NCBI GenBank assembly: GCA_030390025.1
Contig: JASTWF010000330.1
Location: forward strand, 434,001-498,000
Direction: 5' to 3'
Length of the DNA: 64,000 nt
From: Squalus acanthias
Taxonomy: Eukaryota
A model generated the notes under the pieces. It did not search any database, was not told the DNA's origin, and worked only from the letters and a program-made list of their open reading frames with translations. Below, one piece after another: positions 52,854 to 64,000 of the stretch. The translations under genes were made by a program, and so were the position numbers. Every line of letters begins with the position of its first letter. The first letter of the stretch is position 1.

Positions 52854-55177
52854 CTGTAATAAAGTAAGAGAGACATGGGAGTGTAGAGTGGAGAAAACCA
52901 GAACAGGACATTAGGCTGGTACTGGAGCCAATCACAATCCCACTCACTCACTGCATCCACTCCCTTCAGTCTCCTCATCACACTCCCCCTAGTCTCCTCA
53001 TATCATTCCACAAAATATTGTCATCCCATTCCCCACAGTCTCCACATTCCACTCACCTCTGTCTCCTCATCCCACTCTCCTTAGTTTCCTCAGTCCACTC
53101 CCCTCAGGCTCCTCATCCCTCTCCCCTCAGTCTCCTCATCACACTCCCCTTAATCTCCTCATAACACTCCACAAAGTGTTCTCATCCCATTCCCCCAGTC
53201 TCCTCATCCAGCTCCCCTCAGTCTCCTCGTCCCACTCCCCTCAGTCTCCTCATCCCACTCCACTCAGTCACCTCATCCCACTCCCCTCAGTCTCCTCATC
53301 CCACTCCCCTAAGTCTCCTCATCCCAATCCCCTCAGTCTCCTCATCCCACTCCCCTCAGCCTCCTCATCCCACTCCCCTCAGCCACCTCAATCCACTCCC
53401 CTCAGTCTCCTCATCCAGCTCCACTAAGTCTCCTCATCCAGCTCCCCTCAGTCTCCTCATCCCACTCCCCTCACTCTCCTCCCCCCACTCCACTCACTCT
53501 CCTCCTCCCACTCCCCTCAGTCTCCTCATCCCACTCCCCTCAGTCTCCTCCTCCCACTCTCCTCAGTCTCTTCATCCCACTCCCCTCAGTCTCCTCCTAC
53601 CACTCCCCTCAGTCTCCTCATCCCACTCCCCTCAGTCTCCTCATCACACTCCCCTCAGTCTCCTCATCCCACTACCCTCAGTCTCCTCATCCCACTCCCC
53701 ACAGTCTCATCCCACTCCCCTCAGTCTCCTCATCCCACTCGCCTCAGTCTACGCATCCCACTCCCTTCGGTCTCCTCATCCCACTACACTCAGTCTCCTC
53801 ATTCCACTCCCCTCAGTCTCCTCATCTCACTTCCCTCTTTCTCCGCAACCCACTCCCATCAATCTCCTCATCCCACTCCCCTCAGTCTCCTCATCCCACT
53901 ACCCTGAGGCTCCTCGTCCCACTCCCCTCTGTCTCCTTATCCCCCTCCCCTCAGTCTCCTCATCCCACTCCCCTCAGTTTCATCATTCCACTACCCTCAG
54001 TCACCTCATCCCACTCCCCTCAGTTTCCTCATTCCACTACCCTCAGTCTCCTCATCCCACTCCCCTCAGTCTTCTCATTCCACTACCCTCAGTCTCCTCA
54101 TCCCACTCCCCTCAGTCTCCTCATTGCACTACCCTCAGGCTCCTCGTCCCACTCCCATCAGTCTCCTCATCCCAGTCCCATCATTCTCCTCATCCCACTC
54201 CCCTCAGTCTCCTCATCCCATTCCACACAGTCTCCTCATCCCACTCCCTCAGTCTCCTCATCCCACTCCACACAGTCTCCTCATCCCACTTCCCTCAGTC
54301 TCCTCATCCCACTCCCCTCAGTCTCCTCAACCCACTCCCCTCAGTCTCCTCATCCCAATCCCTTCTGTCTCCTCATCCAACTCCCCTCAGTCACCTCATC
54401 CCACTTGCCTTAGTCCCCACATCCCAAAGCACTCAGTCTCCTCATCCCATTGCCCTTAGTCTCCTCATCCCACTCCCCTCAGTCTCCACATCCCACTTCC
54501 CTCAATATCCACTTACCACTCCCCTCAGTCTCCTCATCCCACTCCCCTCAGTCTCCTCATCCCACTCCCCTCAGTGTCCTCATCCCACTCCCCTCAGTCT
54601 CCTCATCCCACTCCCCTCAGTCTCCTCATCCCACTCCCCTCAGTCTCCTCATCCCACTCCCCTCAGTTTCCTCATCCAGCTCCCCTCAGTCTCCTCATCC
54701 CACTCCCCTCAGTCTCCTCATCCCACTCCCCTCAGTCTCCACATCCCATTCCCCTCAATCTCCTCATCCCACTCCCCTCAGTTTCCTCATCCAACTCCCC
54801 TCAGTCTCGTCATCCCACTCCCTTCAGTCTCCTCATCCCACTCCCCAAAGGCTCCTCATCCCACTTCACTCAGTCTCCTCATCCCACTCCCTTCAGTCTC
54901 CTTTTCCCACTCCACTCAGTCTCCTCATCCCACTTCCCTCAATATCCACTTCCCACTCCACTCAGTCTCCTCATCCCACTCCCCTCAGTCTCCTCATCCC
55001 ACTTCCCTCAGTCTCCTCATCCCACTACCCTCAGTCTCCTCATCCCACTCCCTTCAGTCTCCTCATCCCGCTGCCCTCAGTCACAACACCCACTCACTCA
55101 GTAAGAGACTGGATGATCTTTTCAGGAGTCACATTGGGTGAACAGACTGTACACAATGGACCGAACGAGTCAGATAC

Positions 55178-55273
55178 CTGAGACTGCAGACCCCACTGGG
55201 ATAGTGGATGAACGGTCAGTAGATCCTCGAGTCGACTGTTCCTCGGGTTCCTGTGATGTTGGTGTAACCGGAT
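55178..55273 (-). CDS. Candidate 96-nt exon, DPVTPTSQEPEEQSTRGSTDRSSTIPVGSAVS
   Basis: Canonical flanks. Confidence 0.72.
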
Positions 55274-55580
55274 CTGTAATAAAGGAAGAGAGACATGGGA
55301 GAGTGCAGAGTGGACAAAAGCAGAACAGGTCATCAGGCTGGAGCTGAAGCCAATCACAATCCCACTCAGTCACTGCGTCCGACTCCCCTCAGGAACTGTG
55401 TCCACTCCCCTCAGGAACTGTGTCCCACTCCCCAAAAGGAACTGTGTCCCACTCCCCTCAGGAACTGCATCCCACTTCCCTCAGGAACCGTGTCCCACTC
55501 CCCTTAATCTCCTCATCCCACTTCACACAGTCTCCTCATCCCATTCCCCACATTCTCCTCATCCCACACCCCTCAGTCTC

Positions 55581-56833
55581 AGGAATTTTTTGAGGATGTT
55601 TCCAATAGGGTGGACGGGGGGGAACCAGTAGATGTGGTGTATTTGGACTTTCAGAAGGCCTTCGACCATGTCCCACACAAGAGATTGGTGATCAAAGTTA
55701 AAGCACATGGGATTGGGGGTAATGTGTTGACGTGGATTGAGAACTGATTGGCACACAGGAAACAAAGAGTAGGAGTAAATGGGTACTTTTCAGAATGGCA
55801 GGCAGTGCCCAGCGGGGTACCGCAGGGTTCGGTGCTGGGACCCCAGTTGTTTACATTATATATTAATGATTTGGACGAATGGATTAAATGTAACATCTCC
55901 AAATTTGCGGATGACACTAAATTGGGAGGCAGTGTGAACAATGAGGAGGATGCTAGGAGGCTACAGAGTGACTTGGACAGGTTGGGTGAATGGGCAAATG
56001 TATGGCAGATGAAGTACAATGTGGATAAATGTGAGGTTCTCCACTTTGGTGGTAAAAATAGAGAGGCGGACTATTACCTGAATGGTGGCAGATTAGGGAA
56101 AGGGGAGGTGCAACGAGACCTGGGCGTCATGGTACATCAGTCACTGAAGGTGGGAATGCAAGTGCAGCAGGCAGTCAAGAAAGCAAACGGAATGATGGCC
56201 TTCATAGTAAGGGGATTTGAGTACTGGAGTAGGGAGGTGATGCTGCAGTTGTACAGGGCCTTGGTGAGGCCACACCTGGAGTATTGTGCGCAGTTTTGGT
56301 CTCCTAACTTAAGGAAGGACATTCTTGCTATTGAGGGAGTGCAGCGAAGGTTCACTAGATTGATTCCTGGGATGGCCGGACTGACATATCAAGAAAGATG
56401 GGTCAACTGAACTTGTATCCTCTGGAGTTCAGAAGAATGAGGGGGGATCTTATAGAGACATTTAAAATCCTGACTGGTTTAGACAAATTAGATGTGGGCA
56501 GAATGTTCCCAATGTTAGGGAAAACTAGAACCAGGGGTCACAGTCTAAGGATTATGGGGAAGCCATTTAAGGCTGAGCTGAGGAGGAAATTCTTCACCCA
56601 GAGAGTGGTGAATCTATGGAATTCTCTTCCACAGAAGGTTGTTGAGGCCAGTTCGCTAAATATATTCAAAAGGGAGTTAGATATAACACTTACAACTAGG
56701 GGGATCAAGGGATATGGCGTGAAAGCAGGAATGGGGTACTGAGGTAGCATGTTCAGTCATGAACGCATTGAATGGCGGTGCAGGCACGAAGGACCGAATG
56801 GTATACTCCTGCAACTATTTTCTATGTTTATAT
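55581..56833 (+). mobile_element. 5'-truncated CR1-clade LINE (RT C-terminal part + 3' UTR), decayed, possible 5-bp TSD GTCTC
   Basis: EFFEDV...VVYLDFQKAFD...GVPQGSVLGP...FADDTKLGG; TGA at 55745-55747, frameshift ~56400, stop at 56742; tail TTCTATGTTTATAT; GTCTC at 55576-55580 and 56834-56838. Confidence 0.94.
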
Positions 56834-58058
56834 GTCTCCTCTTCCAGCTCCGCTAAGTCTGCTCATCCAGCTCCCCTCAGTCTCCTCATCCCATTCCCCT
56901 CAGTCACCTCATCCCACTCCCTTCAGTCTCCTCATCCCACTCCCCTCAGTCTCCTCATCCCGCGCCCCTAAGTCTCCTCATCCCATTCCCCTCAGTCACC
57001 TCATCCCACTCCCTTCAGTCTCCTCATCCCACTCCCCTCAGTCTCCTCATCCCACGCCCCTAAGTCTCCTCATCCCACTCCCCTCAGTCTCCTCATCCCA
57101 CTCCCTTCAGTCTCCTCATCCCACTCCCCTCGGTCTCCTCATACCACTCCCCTCAGTCTCCTCATCCCACTCCCCTCGGTCTCCTCATCCCACTCCCTTC
57201 AGTCTCCTCATCCCACTCCCCTCGGTCTCCTCATACCACTCCCCTCAGTCTCCTCATCCCACTCCCCTCGGTCTCCTCATACCACTCCCCTCAGTCTCCT
57301 CATCCCACTCCCCTCGGTCTCCTCATACCACTCCCCTCAGTCTCCTCATCCCACTCCCCTCAGTCTCCTCATCCCACTCCCTTCAGTCTCCTCATTCCAC
57401 AACCCTCAGTCTCCTCATCCCACTCCCTTCAGTCTCCTTTTCCCACTGCCCTCAGTCTCCTCATCGCACTCCCCTCAGTCTCCTCATCCCTGTCCCCTCA
57501 GTCTCCTCATCCCAATACACCCAGTCTCCATTTCCCACTCCCCTCAGTATCCTCATCCCACTCCCCTCAGTATCCTCATCCCACTCCCCTCAGTCTCCTC
57601 ATCCCATTCCGTTCAGTCTCCTATTCCCACTCCCCTCAGTCTCCTCATCCCACTTCCCTCAGTATCTACATCCCACTTCCCTCAGTATCCACATCCCTCT
57701 CCACTCAGTCTCCTCATCCCACTCCCTTCAGTCTTCTCATCCCGTTTCCTTCAGTCTCCATTTCCCACTCCCCTCAGTCGCCTCATCTCACTTCCCTCAG
57801 TCTCCTCATCCCACTCCCCTCAGTCTCCTCATCCCACTCCCCTCTGTCTCCTCATCCCGCTCCCCTCAGTCTCCTTTTCCCACTCCACACAGTCTCCTGA
57901 TACCACTCCTCTCAGTAACCACATCCCACTCCCCTCAGTCTCCTCATCCCGCTCCCCTCAGTCACAACATCCACTCACTCAGTAAGAGACTGGATGAGCT
58001 TTTCAGGAGTCACATTGGGTGAACAGACTGTACTCAATGGACCGAACGAGACAGATAC

Positions 58059-58154
58059 CTGAGACTGCAGACACCACTGGGATAGTGGATGGACGCTCAG
58101 TGGATTCTCGAGTCGACTGTTCCTCGGGTTCCTGTGTTGTGGATGTTTCCGGCT
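58059..58154 (-). CDS. Candidate 96-nt exon, EPETSTTQEPEEQSTRESTERPSTIPVVSAVS
   Basis: ttacag acceptor, gtatct donor. Confidence 0.7.
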
Positions 58155-58829
58155 CTGTAATAAAGGAAGAGAGACATGGGACAGTGCAGAGTGGAGAAAA
58201 CCAGAACAGGTAATCAGGCTGGAACTGGAGCCAATCACAATCCCACTCACTCACTGCGTCCGACTCCCTTTAGTCTCCTCATTCCATTCCACAAAATATG
58301 CTCATCCCATTCCCCACAGTCTCCTCATTCCACTCACCTCTGTCTCCTCATCCCACTCCCCTCAGTCTCCTCATCCAGCTCCCCTCAGTCTCCTCATCCC
58401 ACTCCACACAGTCTCCTCTTCCCTCTCCCCTCAGTCTCCTCCTCCCACGCCCATCAGTCTCATCATCCCACTCCCCAGATTCACCTCATCCCACTCCCCT
58501 CGGTCTCCTCATCCCACTCCCCTCGATCTCCACATCCCACTCCGCTCAGTCTCCTCATCCAACTCCCCTCAGCCTCCTGCTCCCACTCCCCTCAGTCTCC
58601 AAATCACACTCCACTCAGTCTCCACATCCCACTCCCCTCAGTCTCCACATCCCACTCCCCTCAGTTTGCTCATCCCACTCCCCACAGTCTCCTCATCCCA
58701 CTCCCCTCAGTCTCCTCATCCCACTACCCTCAGTCACAACACCCACTCACTCATAAGAGACTGGATGAGCTTTTCAGGAGTCACATCGGTTGAACAGACT
58801 GTACACAACGGACCGAACGAGACAGATAC

Positions 58830-58925
58830 CTAAGACTGCAGACCCCACTGGGACAGTGGATGAACGGTCAGTGGATACTCGAGTCGACTGTTCCTCGGGT
58901 TCCTGTGTTTTGGATATGTCCGGAT
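58830..58925 (-). CDS. Candidate 96-nt exon, DPDISKTQEPEEQSTRVSTDRSSTVPVGSAVL
   Basis: ttacag acceptor, TAG|gtatct donor. Confidence 0.68.
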   Translation of the reverse strand: MRTYPKHRNPRNSRLEYPLTVHPLSQWGLQS

Positions 58926-60166
58926 CTGTAATAAAGGAAGAGAGACATGGGAGAGTGTAGAGTGGAGAAAACCAGAACAGGTCATCAGGCTGGTACTGGA
59001 GCCAATCATAATCCCACTCATTAACTGCGCCCGACTCCCTTCAGTCTCATCATCCCACTCCCCTAGTCTCCTCATACCATTCCACAAAATATTCTCATCC
59101 CATTCCCCACAGTCTCCACATTCCACTCAACTGTGTCTCCTCATCCCACTCCCCTTAGTCTCCTCATCCCACTCCCCTCTGTCTCCTCATCCCACTCCCC
59201 TCTGTCTAATCATCCAGTTCCCCTCAGTCTCCTCATATCACTCCCTTCAGTCTCCTCATCACACTCCCCACAGTCACCTCATCCGACTCCCCTCAGTCTC
59301 CTCATCCCACTCCACACAGTCTCCTCATGCCACTCCCCTCAGTCTCCTCATCACACTCCCCTTAGTCTCCTCATCACGCTCCCCTCAGTCTCCTCCTCCC
59401 ACTCCCATCATCCCACACCCCACAGTCACCTCATCCCACTCCCCTCGGTCTCCTCATCACACTCCCCTCAGTCTCCTCATTCCATTCCCCTCAGCCTCCT
59501 GATCCCACTCCCCTCAGTCTCCTCCTCCCACTCCCATCAGTCTCATCATCCCACACCCCACAGTCACCTCATCCCACTCCCCTCGTTCTCCTTATCACAC
59601 TCCCCTCAGTCTCCTCATCCCACTCCCATCAGTCTCCTTATCCCACTCCCCTCACTCTCCACCTCCCACTCCACTCAGTCTCCTCATTCCATTCCCCTCA
59701 GTCTCCTCCTCCCACTCCCCTCAGTCTCCTCATCACACTCCCCTCAGTCTCCTCGTCACACTCCCCTCAGTCTCCTCATAACCCTCCACACAGTCTCCTC
59801 TTCCCACTCCCCTCAGTCTCCTCATCCCACTCCCCTCAGTCTCCTCATTCAGCTCCCCTCAGTCTCCTCGTCCCACTCCCCTCAGTCTCCTCATCCCACT
59901 CCCCTCAGTCTCCACATCCCACTCCCCACAGTCTCCTCATCCCACTTCCCTCAGTCTCCTCATCCAGCTCCCCTCAGTCTCCTCTTCCCACTCCCCTCTG
60001 TCTCATCATTCCACTCCCCTCTGTCTCCTCATCCCACTCCGCTCAGTCTCCTCATTCAGCTCCCCTCAGTCACAACACCCATTCACTCAGTAAGGGACTG
60101 GATGATCTTTTCAGGAGTCACAATGGTTGAACAGACTGTACACAATGGACCGAACGAGACAGACAC

Positions 60167-60262
60167 CTGAGGCTGCAGACCCCACTGGGATAGTGGATGA
60201 ACGGTCAGTGGATTCTCGAGTCGACTGTTCCTCGGGTTCCTGTGTTTTGGATATGTCCGGAT
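60167..60262 (-). CDS. Candidate 96-nt exon, DPDISKTQEPEEQSTRESTDRSSTIPVGSAAS
   Basis: ttgcag acceptor, donor variant CAG|gtgtct keeps GT. Confidence 0.68.
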
Positions 60263-61371
60263 CTGCAATTAAGGAAGAGAGACATGGGAAAGTGTAGAGT
60301 GGAGAAAACCAGAACAGGTCATCAGGCTGGTACTGGAGCCAATCAAAATCCCACACACTCATTGCGCCCGACTCCCTTCAGTCTCATCATCCCACTCCCC
60401 TAGTCTCCTCATACAATTCCACAAAATATTCCCATCCCATTCCCCACAGTCTCCACATTCCACTCAACTGTGTCTCCTCATCCCACTCCCCTTAGTCTCC
60501 TCATCCCACTCCACTCTGTCTCCTCATCCCACTCCCTTCAGTCTCCTCATCACACTCCCCTCAGTCTCCTCATAACACTCACCACAGTCACCTCATCCGA
60601 CTCCCCTCAGTCTCCTCATCCCACTCCACACAGTCTCCTCATGCCACTCCCCTTAGTCTCCTCATCCCACTCCCCTCAGTCTCCTCATTCCATTCCCCTC
60701 AGCCTCCTACTCCCACACCCCTCAGTCTCCTCATCCCAATCCCCTCAGTCTGCTCATCCCACCCCCTCAGTCTGCTCATCCCACTCTCCACCGTCTCCTC
60801 ATACCACTCCACTCAGTCGCCTCATCCCACCCCCTCAGTCTCCTCATTCCACTCCCCTCAGTCTCCTCCTCTCACTCCCCTCAGTCTCCTCTTCCCACTC
60901 CACACAGTCTCCTCTTCCCACTCCCCTCAGCCTCCTCATCCAGCTCCCCTCATCTCCTCCTCTCACTCCCCTCAGTCTCCTCATTCCACTCCGCTCCGTC
61001 TCCTCATCCCACTCCCCTCAGTATCCTCATTCCATTCACCTCAGTCTCCTACTCCCACACCCCTCAGTCTCCACATCCCACTCCCCACAGTCACTTCATC
61101 CCACTCCCCTCTGTCTCCTCATCCCACTCCCCTCAATCTCCTCATTCCATTCCCTTCAGCCTCCTACTCCCACTCCCCTCAGTCTCCACATCCCACTCCC
61201 CTCAGTCTCCACATCCCACTCCCTTCAGTCTCCTCATCCCACTCCACACAGTCTCCTCAACCCACTACCCTCAGTCACAACAACCACTCACTCAGTAAGA
61301 GACTGAATGAGCTTTTCAGGAGTCACATTGGGTGAACAGTCTGTACACAATGGACCGAACAAGACAGATAC

Positions 61372-61467
61372 CTGAGACTGCAGACCCCACTGGGATGGTG
61401 AATGAACGGTCAGTGGATTCTCGAGTCGACTGTTCCTCGGGTTCCTTTGTTTTGGATATGGCCGGAT
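61372..61467 (-). CDS. Candidate 96-nt exon, DPAISKTKEPEEQSTRESTDRSFTIPVGSAVS
   Basis: Canonical flanks. Confidence 0.72.
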
Positions 61468-62051
61468 CTGTAATAAAGGAAGAGAGACATGGGAGAGTGC
61501 AGAGTGGAGAAAACCAGAACAGGTCATCAGGCTGGTACTGGAGCCAATCATAATCCCACTCACTCACTGCGTCCGACTCCCTTCAGTCTCATCATCCCAC
61601 CCCCCTCAGTCTCCTCATCCAGCTCCCCAAAGTCCCCTCATCCAGCTCCCCTCAGTCTCCTCATCCCATTACCCTCAGTCACCTCACCCCACTCCCCCCA
61701 TCTCCTCATTCCACTCCCCTCAGTCTCCTCATCCCACTCCCCTCAGTCTCAACATCCCTCTCCCCTCCGTCTACTCATCCCATTCCCTTCAGTCTCGTCA
61801 TCCACACTCCCTTCAGTCTCCTCATTCCACACCCCTCAGTCTCCTCATCCCACTCCCTTGAGTCTCCTGTTCCCACTCTCCTCAGTATCCTCATCCCACT
61901 TCCCTCAATATCCACATGCCACTCCCCTCAGTCTCCTCATCCTGCTGCCCTCAGTCACGAAATCCAATCACTCAGTAAGAGACTGGATGACCTTTTCAGG
62001 AGTCACATTAGGTGAACATTCTGTACAAAATGGACCGAACGAGACAGATAC

Positions 62052-62147
62052 CTGAGACTGCAGACCCCACTGGGATAGTGAATGAACGGTCAGTGGATTC
62101 TCGAGTCGACTGTTCCTCGGGTTCCTGTGCTGTGAGTGTTTCCTGAT
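62052..62147 (-). CDS. Candidate 96-nt exon, DQETLTAQEPEEQSTRESTDRSFTIPVGSAVS
   Basis: Canonical flanks; a 1-nt deletion lies in the upstream intron only. Confidence 0.72.
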
Positions 62148-62683
62148 CTGTAATAAAGGAAGAGAGACAGGGGAGAGTGTAGAGTGGAGAAACCAGAACA
62201 GGTCATCAGGCTGGTACTGGAGCCAATCACAATCCCACTCACTCACTGCGTCCGACTGCACTCAGTCTCCTCATCCCACTGCCCTAGTCTCCTCATTCCA
62301 TTCCACAAAATATTCTCATCCCATTCCCCACAGTCTACTCATCCCACTCCCATCAGTCTCATCATCTCACTCCCCACAGTCACATCATCCCACTCCCCTC
62401 GATCTCCTCATCCCACTCCCCTCAGTCTCGTCATCCCACTCTCCTCAGTCTCCTCATCCCACTCCCCTCGGTCTCCTCATCCCACTCCCCTGAGTCTCCT
62501 CATTCCATTCCCCTCAGCCTCCTGCTCCCACTCCCCTCAGTCTCCTCATCCCACTCCCCTCAGTCTCCTCATCCCGCTCCCCTCAGTCACAACACCCACT
62601 CATTCAGTAAGAGACTGGATGAGCTTTTCAGGAGTCACATTGGGTGAACAGACTGAACACAATGGACCGAACGAGACAGATAC

Positions 62684-62779
62684 CTGAGACTGCAGACCCC
62701 ACTGGGATACTGGATGAACGGTCAGTGGATTCTCGAGTCGACTGTTCCTCGGGTTCCTGTGCTGTGAGTGTTTCCGGAT
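62684..62779 (-). CDS. Candidate 96-nt exon, DPETLTAQEPEEQSTRESTDRSSSIPVGSAVS
   Basis: ttacag / gtatct flanks. Confidence 0.72.
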
Positions 62780-63409
62780 CTGTAATAAATGAAGAACGAC
62801 AGGGGAGAGTGTAGAGTGGAGAAAACCAGAACAGGTCATCAGGCTGGAACTGGAGCCAATCACAATCCCACTCACTCACTGCGTCCGAATACCTGCAGTG
62901 TCTTCATCCAGCTCCCCTTAGATTCCTCATACCATTCCACAAAATATTCTCATCCCATTCCCCACAGTCTCCTCATTCCACTCACCTCAGTCTCCTCATC
63001 ACATTCCCCTCTGTCTCTACATCCAACTCCCCTCAGTCTCCTCATCCCACTCCCCTCAGTCTCCTCATTCCATTCACCTCAGTCTCCTACTCCCACACCC
63101 CTCAGTCTCCACATCCCACTCCCCACAGTCACTTCATCCCACTCCCCTCTGTCTCCTCATCCCACTCCCCTCAATCTCCTCATTCCATTCCCTTCAGCCT
63201 CCTACTCCCACTCCCCTCAGTCTCCACATCCCACTCCCCTCAGTCTCCACATCCCACTCCCTTCAGTCTCCTCATCCCACTCCACACAGTCTCCTCAACC
63301 CACTACCCTCAGTCACAACAACCACTCACTCAGTAAGAGACTGAATGAGCTTTTCAGGAGTCACATTGGGTGAACAGACTGTACACAATGTACCGAACAA
63401 GACAGATAC

Positions 63410-63505
63410 CTGAGACTGCAGACCCCACTGGGATGGTGAATGAACGGTCAGTGGATTCTCGAGTCGACTGTTCCTCGGGTTCCTTTGTTTTGGATATGGC
63501 CGGAT
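63410..63505 (-). CDS. Candidate 96-nt exon, DPAISKTKEPEEQSTRESTDRSFTIPVGSAVS
   Basis: Canonical flanks; duplicate of 61372 (offset 2038). Confidence 0.72.
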
Positions 63506-64000
63506 CTGTAATAAAGGAAGAGAGACATGGGAGAGTGCAGAGTGGAGAAAACCAGAACAGGTCATCAGGCTGGTACTGGAGCCAATCATAATCCCACTCA
63601 CTCACTGCGTCCGACTCCCTTCAGTCTCATCATCCCACCCCCCTCAGCCTCCTCATCCAGCTCCCCAAAGTCCCCTCATCCAGCTCCCCTCAGTCTCCTC
63701 ATCCCATTACCCTCAGTCACCTCACCCCACTCCCCCCATCTCCTCATTCCACTCCCCTCAGTCTCCTCATCCCACTCCCCTCAGTCTCAACATCCCTCTC
63801 CCCTCCGTCTACTCATCCCATTCCCTTCAGTCTCGTCATCCACACTCCCTTCAGTCTCCTCATTCCACACCCCTCAGTCTCCTCATCCCACACCCTTGAG
63901 TCTCCTGTTCCCACTCCCCTCAGTATCCTCATCCCACTTCCCTCAATATCCACATGCCACTCCCCTCAGTCTCCTCATCCCGCTGCCCTCAGTCACGAAA

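Larger units (their letters stand above)
51312..64000. repeat. More degenerate type B minisatellite field (C-rich on +) with interspersed cassettes and one CR1 insertion
   Basis: Direct reading; short type A stubs at ~51510-51735 and ~55370-55500. Confidence 0.95.

Overview
Eukaryotic (vertebrate) genomic DNA, probably from a cartilaginous fish judging by the CR1/HER1-type LINE 3' tails. Three contigs are joined by two 500-N gaps (25647-26146, 50812-51311). Most of the window is two related 23-bp minisatellites that share the core TCCCACTCCCCTCAG, arranged in kb-scale higher-order duplications; the long ORFs in the ORF track are artefacts of these repeats. Two decayed CR1 LINEs are present. 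The main signal is hidden in the satellite: a ~290-bp cassette recurs throughout, and 28 copies carry an intact 96-nt candidate exon (polypyrimidine tract + AG acceptor, CAG|GT-type donor, no indels). In phase 1 these encode a 32-aa Ser/Thr/Glu/Pro-rich repeat (consensus DPETPTTQEPEEQSTRESTDRSSTIPVGSAVS). I interpret this as the interior of a large mucin/proteoglycan-like gene with a tandem symmetric-exon array and minisatellite introns, plus six deleted or truncated cassette remnants. Exon orientation flips only at the N gaps, which suggests the middle contig is mis-oriented. Gene identity, expression and reading phase cannot be established from this window alone.
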